This document shows, in pieces, positions 9,566 through 20,528 of a DNA stretch of 64,000 bases. The position numbers and the translations under genes were made by a program. Each line of letters begins with the position of its first letter. Position 1 is the first letter of the stretch. This DNA comes from Faecousia sp. Its GTDB lineage: Bacteria; Bacillota; Clostridia; Oscillospirales; Oscillospiraceae. The notes beneath the pieces are model-generated. The model did no database searches, had not been told where the DNA came from, and was given only the letters and a program-made list of their open reading frames with translations. Location: contig JAZRRS010000006.1 in NCBI GenBank assembly GCA_045651005.1, positions 84,366 to 148,365 of the forward strand, written 5' to 3'.

Positions 9566-10582
9566 TCAAAGGATCTCACCCAAAATAGACTTTGTTGCAT
9601 AAGCATTCAGAGACATATCCGCAGTGTTGCCCGCAAGAAGCTCATAATAAGCCTGAGCACCGATCATGGCCGCGTTATCTCCGCAAAGGGATAATGGTGG
9701 CATATACACCTGAGCACCCAGCTTTTCCGCAGCCGCTGAAATGTCCTTACGAATTCTGGAATTGGCAGCAACCCCGCCTGCCACTGCAAGTTTACGGTAT
9801 CCCGTCTGTTCCAATGCGGCAATTACACGTGGCACCAAGGTGTCTGAAACTGCCGAAGAAAACGCTGCACAAAGGCTGGGAATATCCAATACTTCTCCCA
9901 CCTGCTCTGCATGGTGGATCAAATTCAACGTTGCTGTTTTTAAGCCGGAGAAACTCATATCATAAGGGTTTGCACCAGGTCTGGATCTGGGAAGTTCATA
10001 CTTGCTCTCATCACCCTGTGCCGCCGCTTTATCCAGCGCTGCACCACCGGGGTATGGCATTCCCAAAACACGAGCAACCTTATCAAAGCACTCACCAGCC
10101 GCATCATCCAAAGTGCCACCAAGGATCTCCATTTTTGTATAGTCCTGCACATCTACCAGCATCGTGTGGCCACCGGATACCACAAGACACAAAAACGGCG
10201 GCTTCAGCTCCGGATAGGCAATATAGTTGGCAGCGATATGACCACGAATGTGGTGTACCGGGATCAAAGGCTTTCCCATTGCCATAGCGGCAGCCTTTGC
10301 AAAGTTTACACCCACCAGCACCGCACCGATCAATCCCGGTGCATAGGTCACCGCCACCGCATCAATATCTGTGCGAGAAAGCTGCGCTTCCGCAAGTGCC
10401 TGATCTGCAAGTCCATAAATCGCTTCAATATGCTTCCGGGAGGCGATTTCCGGCACAACACCGCCATAAATACGGTGAAGCGCCACCTGGGAAGCAATCT
10501 GATCCGTCAGAACGGTTCTGCCATCACGAACGATAGCAACCGCAGTCTCATCGCAAGATGATTCCACTGCAAGAATATTCAT
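9566..10582 (-). CDS. tsaD: tRNA N6-adenosine threonylcarbamoyltransferase
   Basis: ILAVESSCDET, GGVVPEIASRKH, HHIRGH, VSGGHT, DDAAGECFDK, CGDNAAMI. ATGA overlap with rimI. Confidence 0.97.
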   Translation of the reverse strand: MNILAVESSCDETAVAIVRDGRTVLTDQIASQVALHRIYGGVVPEIASRKHIEAIYGLADQALAEAQLSRTDIDAVAVTYAPGLIGAVLVGVNFAKAAAMAMGKPLIPVHHIRGHIAANYIAYPELKPPFLCLVVSGGHTMLVDVQDYTKMEILGGTLDDAAGECFDKVARVLGMPYPGGAALDKAAAQGDESKYELPRSRPGANPYDMSFSGLKTATLNLIHHAEQVGEVLDIPSLCAAFSSAVSDTLVPRVIAALEQTGYRKLAVAGGVAANSRIRKDISAAAEKLGAQVYMPPLSLCGDNAAMIGAQAYYELLAGNTADMSLNAYATKSILGEIL

Positions 10583-11022
10583 ACTTCCCACTCCTTTCGA
10601 AGAATCAGCGCATCCTCTTTGGGATTTGAATAGTAATTAGGGCGGCGTCCAACTTGAGAAAATCCGAGCTTATCATAAAGGCAAATCGCATTGTCGTTAG
10701 AAGCACGCACCTCCAAAGTCAGTGCATACACTTTATTTTCTTTCAGCCTTTGGATCAGCTCCGTTACCAGCTTTTCACCGATTCCCTGCCTTCTGTATTC
10801 CAGCGATACCGCAACATTCATCATATCCGCCTCGCCCATCACCGACTGAGAACCGATGTAACCCACTACACGTTCCCCATCACTTGCCACCAGCCAAAGA
10901 GAAAGCGGATTGGTCAACTCTGCAGAAACAGATCGTTCACTCCAAGGCATAGAAAAGCACTGCCTTTCCAATGCCGCCACAGCTGCTACATGTTCTTCTG
11001 TCATATTGATATATTCCATCAT
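10579..11022 (-). CDS. rimI: Ribosomal-protein-alanine N-acetyltransferase
   Basis: NVAVSLEYRRQGIG, TLEVRASN, GRRPNYYSNPKEDA; adjacent to tsaD. Confidence 0.93.
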   Translation of the reverse strand: MMEYINMTEEHVAAVAALERQCFSMPWSERSVSAELTNPLSLWLVASDGERVVGYIGSQSVMGEADMMNVAVSLEYRRQGIGEKLVTELIQRLKENKVYALTLEVRASNDNAICLYDKLGFSQVGRRPNYYSNPKEDALILRKEWEV

Positions 11023-13544
11023 TTTGCCTCAAACCAGCTTTTTCCGATTTTTGCTTCTGCAAGCAACGGCACATTCAGTTCCGCAACCTGCTGCATCTGA
11101 CTGCTTACAAGCTCAGCTACCGCCGGTGCTATCTCTTCCGGACACTCTACGATCAGTTCATCGTGTACCTGCAAAAGAAGCTTTGCTTCCGGATACTGCT
11201 TTGAAAGTGCCTGATCTACCCGGATCATAGCAAGCTTGATAAGATCAGCCGCAGTTCCCTGTATAGGTGTATTCAGAGCAATACGCTCCGCACCCTGCCG
11301 GATGTTAAAATTGCTGCTCTTTAGCTCCGGAATATAGCGGCGGCGTCCGTACATCGTTTTGGTATATCCCTCTGCACGTGCGGTTTCAACAACCTGCTTC
11401 ATATAGGTACGAACACCGTTATACGTTGACAAGTATCCTTCAATATATTCTTTCGCTTCATAACGGCTTACGCCAATATCTTCAGCCAGAGAAAATTCCG
11501 AGATTCCATAAACGATGCCGAAGTTGACCGCTTTGGCATTTCTTCTTTGCAACGGTGTTACAGCCTCTGTGGGAACGCCAAAAACCTGTGAAGCCGTAAC
11601 TGTGTGAATATCCATACCGGAAGCAAAAGCATCGCACATTGTTTTATCTGATGCAATATGGGCAAGTACTCGCAGTTCGATCTGACTGTAGTCCGCATCT
11701 ACCAGCACATTGCCCGGGCCGGGCACAAACATCTTACGGATCTCCGCACCGAGATCGGTACGGACAGGAATATTCTGCAAATTCGGTTCTGTAGAAGAAA
11801 GCCGGCCGGTGGCAGTCACCAGGTTTTGGAAAGTCGTACGAATTCTGCCGTCTTGACCAACCACCTTCATAAGTCCGTCCGCATATGTGGAGTTCAGCTT
11901 TGTGAGCATCCGGTAATCCATAATGGCGAGAACAATGGGATGCTTATCTTTCAGCTTTTCCAGCACATCTGCATTTGTGGAATAGCCCGTCTTTGTTTTT
12001 TTCACAGGCGGCAATCCCAACTTCTCAAACAGAAGCTCACCCAACTGTTTTGGCGAGTTGATATTGAACGGGCCTTCGGCAACCTCATAAATCAGTTTTT
12101 CGCAGTCAGCGATCCTCGTTTTCAGCATAGTGCCAAATTGTTCCAGCTGCTTTTTATCGATAGCAATACCCTGCCGTTCCATTTTATAAAGGACACTGCA
12201 CAAAGGAAGTTCAATATCTTTGTACAAGGATGTCATCTCTACCCTATCCAGTTCCTTTTCAAGAACGCTATGCAGGTGCCACAAAGCCTCCGCACAACTA
12301 CCGGCGTCCCCATCCTCCACAGAGATGCCGAGGAAATTGGTTGCCAGCTTGGATACCGGGTATTCAGATGCAGAAGGATTCAAGTCATAAGCAGCCAGTG
12401 CTGTATCAAAGAGGATCTCAGCGTGGTTCAGATTCATTGCATCCATTCTGTGCATAGTGGACTTAGCATCGTGGAGGATCAGCGCACCAGGCATAAAATC
12501 ATACGCCATTTGTGCTTCTAGAGGTGTCATCACATAGACGCCCGCTTCCCACGCAATGCCAACAGACTGATCCTCCGCCATATAGATCGCACAGGGAGTT
12601 CCGTTTTGAGGAAGTGCTTCTAACTTAGGCAATCGCACAATTTCCACAGCAGGCGCAGGCATTAGCGTCTCAACACCCCGAAGACCATAGCGATCAATAA
12701 GGCGAACAAATTCCAGTTTTACAAACAAACTGTAAAGCTCCGGTTTATTATATGGTCTGACTACCGCATCCATAGGAGAAAAATCAATCGGTGCTGACGG
12801 ACAAATGGTAGCAAGGTCATAGGACAGATAAGCATTTTCCCTAGATGCTTCCAGTTTTTCCCGTAGTTTCGGACGAATAGAGGGATCATCCAAATGCGCA
12901 TAAACGCCATCCAAGGAGCCGAATTTCATCAAAAGCTCTGTAGCTGTTTTAGGACCAACGCCTGCCACACCGGGAATATTATCAGAGGAATCACCCATCA
13001 AGGCTTTCAAATCCACCATTTTCTCCGGAGCAAAGCCATACTCTTCTATGAACTTCTCTTTATCAAAAAGCGTGGTAGTGGTTTGTCCCGGTTTGGAAAT
13101 CACAAGTTTGACCTTCACGTGGTTATCGATAAGCTGCAAGCTATCCCGATCACCGGTGACAATTACGCATTCCCAGTCATTATTTCCGCATATCTTTCCC
13201 ACTGTACCAATGACATCATCCGCTTCCCAGCCTTGACATTCATAGATCGGAATGTTCATTGCCTGCAGCACCTGCTTCATAATGGGCATCTGCTGTGCCA
13301 GTTCCTCCGGCATTGGGTGACGAGTGGCCTTATAGCCTTCATACTTTAAATGACGGAAGGTAGGACCGTGAAGGTCAAAAGCGACACAGACTGCTTCCGG
13401 CTGCTCTTCCTTCTCCATCTTCTCCAATATATTCAAAAAGCCATAAATAGCATGGGTGCAAAGCCCCTCACGAGTCGTAAGGGGCTTCACACCAAAAAAC
13501 GCTCTGTTAATAACGCTGTTGCCGTCAAGAATCAGCAGCTTCAT
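11019..13544 (-). CDS. polA: DNA polymerase I
   Basis: LDGNS..RAF 5'-3' exonuclease start, TATGRLSS, DYSQIELR, KAVNFGIVYG, QVHDEL. Start MKLLIL overlaps the cysS stop (ATGA). Confidence 0.98.
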   Translation of the reverse strand: MKLLILDGNSVINRAFFGVKPLTTREGLCTHAIYGFLNILEKMEKEEQPEAVCVAFDLHGPTFRHLKYEGYKATRHPMPEELAQQMPIMKQVLQAMNIPIYECQGWEADDVIGTVGKICGNNDWECVIVTGDRDSLQLIDNHVKVKLVISKPGQTTTTLFDKEKFIEEYGFAPEKMVDLKALMGDSSDNIPGVAGVGPKTATELLMKFGSLDGVYAHLDDPSIRPKLREKLEASRENAYLSYDLATICPSAPIDFSPMDAVVRPYNKPELYSLFVKLEFVRLIDRYGLRGVETLMPAPAVEIVRLPKLEALPQNGTPCAIYMAEDQSVGIAWEAGVYVMTPLEAQMAYDFMPGALILHDAKSTMHRMDAMNLNHAEILFDTALAAYDLNPSASEYPVSKLATNFLGISVEDGDAGSCAEALWHLHSVLEKELDRVEMTSLYKDIELPLCSVLYKMERQGIAIDKKQLEQFGTMLKTRIADCEKLIYEVAEGPFNINSPKQLGELLFEKLGLPPVKKTKTGYSTNADVLEKLKDKHPIVLAIMDYRMLTKLNSTYADGLMKVVGQDGRIRTTFQNLVTATGRLSSTEPNLQNIPVRTDLGAEIRKMFVPGPGNVLVDADYSQIELRVLAHIASDKTMCDAFASGMDIHTVTASQVFGVPTEAVTPLQRRNAKAVNFGIVYGISEFSLAEDIGVSRYEAKEYIEGYLSTYNGVRTYMKQVVETARAEGYTKTMYGRRRYIPELKSSNFNIRQGAERIALNTPIQGTAADLIKLAMIRVDQALSKQYPEAKLLLQVHDELIVECPEEIAPAVAELVSSQMQQVAELNVPLLAEAKIGKSWFEAK

Positions 13545-14956
13545 ACTCTTCTCCACTTTGCACCCTGGGGGGTGTCGATGATCTCAATGCCTCTTGCTTT
13601 CAATTCATCACGAATACGGTCAGCTTCAGCATAATTTTTTGCCTTCTTTGCTTCAGTACGGGCAGCAACCAGTGCATCGATTTCCGGATCTGCAGAAGCT
13701 GCAGCTTCCGCTTCCTCTTTTTCGCGCAACGCCTTAGCCGCTGCAAGCAAATTCAAGGAAAGAACGGTATCAAAGTCAGCCAATGCCGCCAGTTTGGTAG
13801 CATCAGTGGTCTTTGCTTTCAGCACATCGTAAAGCGCGGTCACTGCCAAAGAAGTGTTCAGATCGCCATTCAGCGCACCGGCAAAACGCTCCTTCAAAGC
13901 AGCCAGAGCTGCCTCATCAATGTCGCTGCCGTCTTTCAGGGTAGCAATCTTTGCCACCAACTTTTCGTATGCCACAGTAGCGTTGTCCAGGTTTTCCCAA
14001 CTGAACACAAGATTTCTGCGGTAGTGGCTCTGCAGGCAGAACAGGCGGTATGCCATAGGATTATAGCCCTTCTGCTCCAAAAGGGACACCGTAAGGAAGT
14101 CACCCTTGGACTTGCTCATTTTTCCGGATTCATCATTCAAATGCATTACATGGAACCAGTAATTGCACCACTTATGACCAATGAAGGATTCTGTCTGCGC
14201 AATCTCATTGGTATGGTGTGGGAACGCATTGTCGATACCGCCACAGTGGATATCCAGATCCTCGCCCAAATACTTCATAGAAATACCGGAACACTCGATG
14301 TGCCAGCCGGGATAGCCAACGCCCCAAGGGGATTCCCACTTCAAAGCCTGATCTTCAAACTTAGACTTGGTGAACCAAAGCACAAAGTCATTCTTATTGC
14401 GCTTATTGGTATCCTCTTCAACACCCTCACGGACACCCGTGTCCAGATCCTCTGCATCGTGATCGTTGAACACATAGTATTTTTCCAGCTTGGAAGTATC
14501 AAAATACACGTTACCACCGGCGATATAAGCAAAGCCTTTCTCCAGCAGACCCTCTACCATAGCAATAAATTCAGGGATACAGCCGGTAGCAGGCTGAATG
14601 ATATCCGGTTTTTTAATATTCAGCTTCTCACAGTCAGCAAAAAACGCATCCGTATAATACTGAGCGATCTCCATAACCGACTTATTCTCACGCTTTGCGC
14701 CCTTGACCATCTTGTCTTCACCGGTATCTGCATCAGACGCAAGATGACCCACATCGGTAATATTCATAACACGCTTCACGTTATAACCCACATAGCGCAG
14801 TGCTTTTTCCAGCACGTCTTCCATAATGTAGGTACGCAGATTACCGATGTGCGCAAAATGATATACCGTAGGACCACAGGTATACATTTTCACCACATCA
14901 GGAGAATTGGGCTGAAACAGTTCCTTTTTATGAGACAAAGAATTATAAAGATACAT
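13541..14956 (-). CDS. cysS: Cysteine--tRNA ligase
   Basis: [32 protein letters not shown]. Start MYLYNS at 14956 with GGAGG RBS. Confidence 0.97.
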   Translation of the reverse strand: MYLYNSLSHKKELFQPNSPDVVKMYTCGPTVYHFAHIGNLRTYIMEDVLEKALRYVGYNVKRVMNITDVGHLASDADTGEDKMVKGAKRENKSVMEIAQYYTDAFFADCEKLNIKKPDIIQPATGCIPEFIAMVEGLLEKGFAYIAGGNVYFDTSKLEKYYVFNDHDAEDLDTGVREGVEEDTNKRNKNDFVLWFTKSKFEDQALKWESPWGVGYPGWHIECSGISMKYLGEDLDIHCGGIDNAFPHHTNEIAQTESFIGHKWCNYWFHVMHLNDESGKMSKSKGDFLTVSLLEQKGYNPMAYRLFCLQSHYRRNLVFSWENLDNATVAYEKLVAKIATLKDGSDIDEAALAALKERFAGALNGDLNTSLAVTALYDVLKAKTTDATKLAALADFDTVLSLNLLAAAKALREKEEAEAAASADPEIDALVAARTEAKKAKNYAEADRIRDELKARGIEIIDTPQGAKWRRV

Positions 14957-14965
14957 AGACGATTC

Positions 14966-15190
14966 CTCCAAAAAATAAACGCCTCTTATGCAGCAGCACA
15001 AGAGGCGGGTCATACAACTCGCGGTTCCACTCTCATTTATCACTCAAAGACACATCCAAATGGCATTTGAATGGTGTCCGAAAAACATTCACTCCCGGAC
15101 GCACTTTCATACTCTGACACCGTCCGGGCTTGCAGCCGATGACCCGAACTCTCTGTAGGATAAAAAGTATTACTCTTTCCGTTCACAGTG
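14966..15190 (-). promoter_or_regulatory. Cys-specific T-box riboswitch
   Basis: Minus strand: AGTA and AGAGAG stem I motifs, specifier GAAAG-TGC (Cys codon), T-box AATGAGAGTGGAACCGCG, terminator CGCCTCTT...AAGAGGCG-TTTATTTTTT. Confidence 0.9.
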
Positions 15191-15327
15191 ATATTTAATT
15201 ACAAACATTTTACCATTGTTTAATAGGCTTTGTCAAGACTTCCAAATGTATCTAATCAAATTTCGTTGCAATATACCACAATATATGATATACTGATTTC
15301 GACCAATTTATACAAGGAGGAAATCCT

Positions 15328-16497
15328 ATGAAGCGCTATATATCATATATTCTGGCTGTATTGCTGGTCGCTTCTCTCTCCGGTTGCAGAAAGGTCCCTG
15401 TTGCAACACCTTCTACTACCCCCACCCAGACTACCGCTGCAACAGAACCTGCGCCTACAGAGACACAACCCGAAATTATGGTTGATCAACAGCCTATGGC
15501 TGCCATCTCTATGCCCGTTGTCATGGAAGACAAAACCACCGATGATGGTACAGTCATATTCAGCTATGTATATCAGAACATCACGCTGACTGTACCGGAA
15601 CCCGAAGTGGCTGACGCTGTCATCGTAGACTTTCTGAACCGAACAGATCACCACGAAACCGCCGATTCTCTGTACGCAGCAGCAAAAAAAGCATATGAAC
15701 AAGGCGCGACTATGCCCAGTCCTTATTTGTGCTCTACGGTGTATGCACCTATGCGCATCGACCCCAGTGTGCTCAGTCTGTTGGGCAACTATGTCACCTA
15801 CGAAGGCGGTGCCCACGGAAGCCAGGTCTCCACAGCAGTATCCTACGATCTGATCACAGGAAAGTCCCTCACATGGAAAGACATTCTGATCGATGGCACG
15901 ACTGCTGATGATATTTGTGCATTGGTACTAAGTGCCTTGCAAAATTACGAATATAAAGATAACCTGTTTGAAGATCATCCCCAAACCGTTAAAAACATCT
16001 TCTCTCAAGGATTGCAGCATCACACCGATTGGTATTTCTCCGAGAAGGGACTCTGCTGCTTCTTCTCCCCTTACGAAATCGGTCCATTTGCGGCAGGCAC
16101 TGTAGTAGCTGAGATCCCCTACAGTGACCTGGTCGGAATTTTGAAGGATGATTACTTCCCTCCGGAGCGGGATGTTGTTAAGGGACAGCTGATTACGGAA
16201 AAATTTGATCCTGAGAAACAGAGCGCATTTTCCCAGTTTGCAGAGGTTATTTTGGATGGGAGTGCAGAGCAGATCGTTGTTTATACCAATTCCATTGTAT
16301 ATGACGTACGGCTGGAAACCGGTCATCTGTCTTCTGACGGCACACGTTTCATAGCGGAAAACACCATTTTTGGTTGCGCCACGCTGACTCCCGGTGATGC
16401 ACTAATGATTCAGGCTCCGCTGGATGATCCCAACAATGCAATACAAATCACTTACACATCTGCGGGGGAAACCCTCACACTGATTCCACAGTTCTAA
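15328..16497 (+). CDS. Lipoprotein with DUF4163/DUF3298 (RsiV/PdaC-like) domains
   Basis: Lipobox LSGC, Thr/Pro linker, YEGGAHG, YDLITGKSL, FSPYEIGPFAAGTVVAEIPY. Confidence 0.8.
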   Translation: MKRYISYILAVLLVASLSGCRKVPVATPSTTPTQTTAATEPAPTETQPEIMVDQQPMAAISMPVVMEDKTTDDGTVIFSYVYQNITLTVPEPEVADAVIVDFLNRTDHHETADSLYAAAKKAYEQGATMPSPYLCSTVYAPMRIDPSVLSLLGNYVTYEGGAHGSQVSTAVSYDLITGKSLTWKDILIDGTTADDICALVLSALQNYEYKDNLFEDHPQTVKNIFSQGLQHHTDWYFSEKGLCCFFSPYEIGPFAAGTVVAEIPYSDLVGILKDDYFPPERDVVKGQLITEKFDPEKQSAFSQFAEVILDGSAEQIVVYTNSIVYDVRLETGHLSSDGTRFIAENTIFGCATLTPGDALMIQAPLDDPNNAIQITYTSAGETLTLIPQF

Positions 16498-16501
16498 AAC
16501 A

Positions 16502-16530
16502 ACACGCCGTCCTTTTCTTGGACGGCGTGT
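16502..16530. terminator. Terminator between convergent genes
   Basis: ACACGCCGTCC/GGACGGCGTGT stem. Confidence 0.75.
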
Positions 16531-16533
16531 AAT

Positions 16534-16971
16534 TTATTTACCGGTAGAGCCAAAGCCACCTTCACCACGGCTGGTATCTGTCAGCTCTTCCACTTCCTCA
16601 TAAACAGGTGTCAGCACCGGAGTGATCACAAACTGGGCGATACGCTCACCGGGAGCGACCGTTTGCGTCTCGCTGCTGTGGTTAAGCAGCACCACCTTGA
16701 TCTCACCACGATAGTCACTGTCCACAACTCCCACTTTATTGGCAGGCGCAAGTCCCCTTTTTGTTCCCAAACTACTACGGGCATAAATAAGACCGGCACA
16801 ACCCTTAGGCACTTCCAACGCAATACCAGTAGGAATCCACGCAACTTCTCCGGGTTTTACCGTAACCGCTTCCTCCAGGCAGGCATATAGATCTGCACCC
16901 GCAGCTTCCGGTGAGCCATAAGTGGGTAGGATCGCCTTTTCATTTAGTTTTTTTACGCGAACAGCATTCAT
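16534..16971 (-). CDS. dut: dUTP diphosphatase
   Basis: AGADL, ARSSLG, GVVDSDYRGE, GERIAQ, RGEGGFGSTG. Confidence 0.97.
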   Translation of the reverse strand: MNAVRVKKLNEKAILPTYGSPEAAGADLYACLEEAVTVKPGEVAWIPTGIALEVPKGCAGLIYARSSLGTKRGLAPANKVGVVDSDYRGEIKVVLLNHSSETQTVAPGERIAQFVITPVLTPVYEEVEELTDTSRGEGGFGSTGK

Positions 16972-16988
16972 TTTATGTTCCTCTTTCC

Positions 16989-17915
16989 TTACAGGTTATC
17001 TTTCAAAAATTCTTCAATATGGGTAATATAGCGCATATGATCCACCAAAAAGCTCACACCATGACCGGCGTTCTCTACAAGAAGAAGCTTTTTGGATGAC
17101 GCGCAAGCATCATAACTCCTCTGGGTCATCTCACAAGGAACGAAATCATCTGCCTTGCCGTGGATCAAAAGCACCGGAAGTCGACTGTGCGCAAGGGACT
17201 TTTCCGTGGATTTCTCACAAAGAGAAAAACCTGCAATAACCCTTGCCAGAAGATCTGTCACCCATAGAGTAGGCGTAGCAGGCAGGTGTGTGGCATCCCG
17301 AAAAACAGAAGCTATAATATCTCTTGGGGAAGTAAAACCACAGTCAGCGATGATCCCCCGAACATTCTCCGGAAGCTTTTCATCCGCCATAAACATCACC
17401 GTGGATGCGCCCATAGAAAGGCCGCTCAAAATCATAGAATATGCACCAAAGTGATGGTTATGGAAATCGATCCAACGGAGCATATCCCCACTTTCTTTTA
17501 CACCAAAGGTAATATACCGTCCCTCACTCTCACCGTGACATCTGTGCTCCGGTATTAGCAAATTCAGTCCCTTCTCGTGATAAAAAGGAAACGCTACACC
17601 AAAATCCACCAATTTTGTACTTCTGTAGCCGTGAACCAACAAAACTGTTCCCACAGCATTCTCAGCAGGTACCCACAGACCATGGAGTTTCAGTCCGTCA
17701 TCGCTTTTGATCCAAACATCCTGCGCATTGTTGTCACGAAGCCAACAGTCCGCATCTTGTATGGTTTCATAATATTTTCCATAGGGTGTCTTTTCCAGTT
17801 CTTCCTTTACAAACCACGGCAATTCCTTTCTGCGCAAGCAGGCAACGAAAAACACATATCCCCCACTCACCAGCAACAGAAGCAGAATTGCACACGAAAT
17901 AAAAAGGATCCACAC
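16989..17915 (-). CDS. Membrane-anchored alpha/beta hydrolase (YqkD-like)
   Basis: N-terminal TM, LVHGY, GLSMG nucleophile elbow, IHGKADDFVP, GH. Confidence 0.88.
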   Translation of the reverse strand: MWILFISCAILLLLLVSGGYVFFVACLRRKELPWFVKEELEKTPYGKYYETIQDADCWLRDNNAQDVWIKSDDGLKLHGLWVPAENAVGTVLLVHGYRSTKLVDFGVAFPFYHEKGLNLLIPEHRCHGESEGRYITFGVKESGDMLRWIDFHNHHFGAYSMILSGLSMGASTVMFMADEKLPENVRGIIADCGFTSPRDIIASVFRDATHLPATPTLWVTDLLARVIAGFSLCEKSTEKSLAHSRLPVLLIHGKADDFVPCEMTQRSYDACASSKKLLLVENAGHGVSFLVDHMRYITHIEEFLKDNL

Positions 17916-17921
17916 AGCACA

Positions 17922-18833
17922 TTACTCCTTGCGGCCCAATGTTGAAAACAGACGAAAACTCAACGGCCATAGAATTCCCGCTACGATCACAATCAAACAG
18001 TAGCGCAAGGCTCTGCCCGGATATTCCCCAAGCAGCGCATTGATGGGTGCTTTCAAGCCGCTCTTAACCGCCAACACCAGCAAGAGACCTCCAACAACTT
18101 TTAGAATCTGCGCCCACCAAACAGCCTCCGTAGGGAAATTTAGCCACTTTTCATCCACAATATACACCACAACCAGTCCAATTAATGCGCCAAGTAGCGT
18201 ATAAGCATTTTTCATACCGGACTGAAGGTTGTGCGCATCAATATCCGCAGGAAAAGAATAGAAAGAAACAAAGCACAAGAAGCCTACGGCGCAAAGCATC
18301 ATAATTCCCAATAACCACGGCATAGTCTTTTGATGACGCAAGAGCACTACCGGCTTCAAAATAAGGATCAGCGCCACAGCCATTGCCGAAGCAACCAGCA
18401 CATCCAACGGTGTATGAACACCGATATACATACGGGACAACGGTACGAGAACAGCGATGATCAATGCCCCGACCTGTACCCAACGCTTTTTCGTGGTATA
18501 GGCAATACTGCCAAAAGTACCCACTGCACTTTGGGAATGTCCGCTGGGAAAACTGTAACCTGCCGCCGCTTCCCTTGCCTGCTCCAATATAGAGAAATTC
18601 TCATCCATCACCCAAGGTCTCGGAATACGAAACCACAGCTTCATAAACTGATTGGCAAGTGTACCGATAAATCCAACTGAAAGAACATAGTAACCCTTGT
18701 ATTTATCCACGCACCAAAACAACACCAGCGCAACCACTAAAAAGGCAGTTTCTTCGCCCAACTGCGTGATCAGAAGCATAAACTCATTCAGCACCGGTAC
18801 GCGGATCTTCTCAAGCATATATAAAAAATCCAT
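17922..18833 (-). CDS. PAP2 family membrane phosphatase
   Basis: K-x6-RP (KLWFRIPRP), SFPSGH, SRMYIGVH-x3-D. Start MDFLY with GGAGGTG RBS. Confidence 0.9.
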   Translation of the reverse strand: MDFLYMLEKIRVPVLNEFMLLITQLGEETAFLVVALVLFWCVDKYKGYYVLSVGFIGTLANQFMKLWFRIPRPWVMDENFSILEQAREAAAGYSFPSGHSQSAVGTFGSIAYTTKKRWVQVGALIIAVLVPLSRMYIGVHTPLDVLVASAMAVALILILKPVVLLRHQKTMPWLLGIMMLCAVGFLCFVSFYSFPADIDAHNLQSGMKNAYTLLGALIGLVVVYIVDEKWLNFPTEAVWWAQILKVVGGLLLVLAVKSGLKAPINALLGEYPGRALRYCLIVIVAGILWPLSFRLFSTLGRKE

Positions 18834-18964
18834 ATCACACCTCCTGTGATATATTATACAAGGCGCAAAAGAAAATGTAAAGTTTTTATGCACAGGTTGC
18901 TATGACTTGCTTTTTCATAAATTACAGATATAATGTACATATATGATTAGAATTGAGGGATACT

Positions 18965-19744
18965 ATGTTTTCCAGAGAAAAGAGATGCCATTACAATAAC
19001 TATCGCCCGGCAGAGGTGATCTGTCAACTGCGTTTTCCGGAAATACTGACCATCGGTGCCAATCAGCCGGTGGATTTTCAAGAAGCCATCCGGGGTGAAT
19101 TTCCCCAATATGCAGTACGCAATGACGCTGCCGCACCAAGAATCAGTGGCACACCCGGCAATCTTCAATTAGAAAATCAGAAGCCAACTGTGAACTATCA
19201 ATTTATGACAGCGGACGGTATGTGGCGTGTAAATCTTACCGGTACATTTCTCTCACTTTCCTGCACCGCTTATCCCGGCTGGGAGACCTTTGCAAAAAAA
19301 CTGGATCTTCCACTTGCCGCATTGATCCGGGTATATAAACCTGCATATTTTGAGCGCATCGGTTTGCGTTATATCAATTTCATTTCCAGAAACCAGCTCG
19401 GTCTCAACGACACGCCCTTCCGAGATATGTTCCAGCCGCAATATTTAGGACTATTGGGTGACGAAGATGTCAACGAAGCAGACACCACCCGTAACGGTGT
19501 GGACGCGGAGCTTGCCATCCCCGGTGCTTGCCGTATGAAGGTTCACGCAGGACCGGGACTCATCAAGAGAAATGGTGTTCAAGACCCGGAGCCGAAGTTC
19601 ATTCTGGATATGGATCTGTTTATGAACGGCAATGTTCCTGTAAATTATTCCGCAGGCGCACTAGAAACATTGCATTCCCATGCTTTTCCCATTTTCCGCG
19701 GTGCAATCACCGATCTGCTTCACGAAGCTATGGAGCCTGTATAA
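18965..19744 (+). CDS. TIGR04255 family protein
   Basis: EVICQLRFP, YPGWETF, ERIGLRYIN, FILDMD pattern. Confidence 0.75.
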   Translation: MFSREKRCHYNNYRPAEVICQLRFPEILTIGANQPVDFQEAIRGEFPQYAVRNDAAAPRISGTPGNLQLENQKPTVNYQFMTADGMWRVNLTGTFLSLSCTAYPGWETFAKKLDLPLAALIRVYKPAYFERIGLRYINFISRNQLGLNDTPFRDMFQPQYLGLLGDEDVNEADTTRNGVDAELAIPGACRMKVHAGPGLIKRNGVQDPEPKFILDMDLFMNGNVPVNYSAGALETLHSHAFPIFRGAITDLLHEAMEPV

Positions 19745-19756
19745 GGAGGACACCCT

Positions 19757-20476
19757 ATGCCATATTTTTATGGATTCGACTGGACATATCTTGTCTTTGT
19801 CTTACCCTGCATCATTCTGTCTCTATGTGCCAGCACCAGCGTCAACAGCACGTTTAAGAAGTATTCAAATCAAATTTCTGCACGGCATATCACCGGTGCG
19901 CAGGCAGCTCAGAAAGTTCTTGTTGCCAACGGTGTCAACAATGTACGAATCGAACGAGTATCCGGCAATCTGACTGACCATTTTGACCCGAAGTCAAATG
20001 TTATACGGCTGTCAGACAGCGTTTATAACAGTCCTTCCACCGCAGCGATCGGTGTTGCCTGCCACGAAGCCGGCCACGCAGTACAATACGCTAAGGAGTA
20101 TGGGCCTATCAAGCTGCGTGCCGCCATCATCCCCGTTACCAACATCGGCTCCCGACTTGCGATGCCTTTGATTCTATTGGGAATTCTGCTCTCTTCACTG
20201 GGCAATTTTTCCTACACCATCGTGTATATTGGTATCGCCTGCTTTGCACTGTCTCTTCTTTTCCAACTGGTGACTCTTCCGGTAGAATTCAACGCCAGCC
20301 GCAGAGCAATGGATGCCATTGAAAACTGCGGACTTCTAACCACAGAAGAACAACGAGGCGCAAGAAAAACACTTACCGCCGCTGCAATGACTTATGTTGC
20401 TGCAACAGCAACCGCTTTAGCGCAGTTACTGCGTTTGATCGTTCTCTTTGGCGGTGGTCGGCGGAGGAGAGATTAA
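19757..20476 (+). CDS. Neutral zinc metallopeptidase (YugP family)
   Basis: LTDHFDP, ACHEAGHAVQ, TLPVEFNASRRA, AAMTYVA. Confidence 0.92.
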   Translation: MPYFYGFDWTYLVFVLPCIILSLCASTSVNSTFKKYSNQISARHITGAQAAQKVLVANGVNNVRIERVSGNLTDHFDPKSNVIRLSDSVYNSPSTAAIGVACHEAGHAVQYAKEYGPIKLRAAIIPVTNIGSRLAMPLILLGILLSSLGNFSYTIVYIGIACFALSLLFQLVTLPVEFNASRRAMDAIENCGLLTTEEQRGARKTLTAAAMTYVAATATALAQLLRLIVLFGGGRRRRD

Positions 20477-20486
20477 GCTACTCCAT

Positions 20487-20528
20487 AACCGCTCCGATAT
20501 TGACAATCGGAGCGGTTTTTGTTATACT
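20487..20528 (+). promoter_or_regulatory. Intrinsic terminator with an embedded sigmaA promoter
   Basis: Stem AACCGCTCCGAT/ATCGGAGCGGTT plus T-tract; TTGACA (20500)-N17-TATACT (20523). Confidence 0.75.

Noticed and set aside
14957-15043. N-terminal extension of cysS in the ORF track (similar extensions for trpS, PAP2, DUF1934 and SGNH)
   Set aside because: The extensions run through leader or intergenic sequence; downstream starts have good RBSs and match family N-termini.
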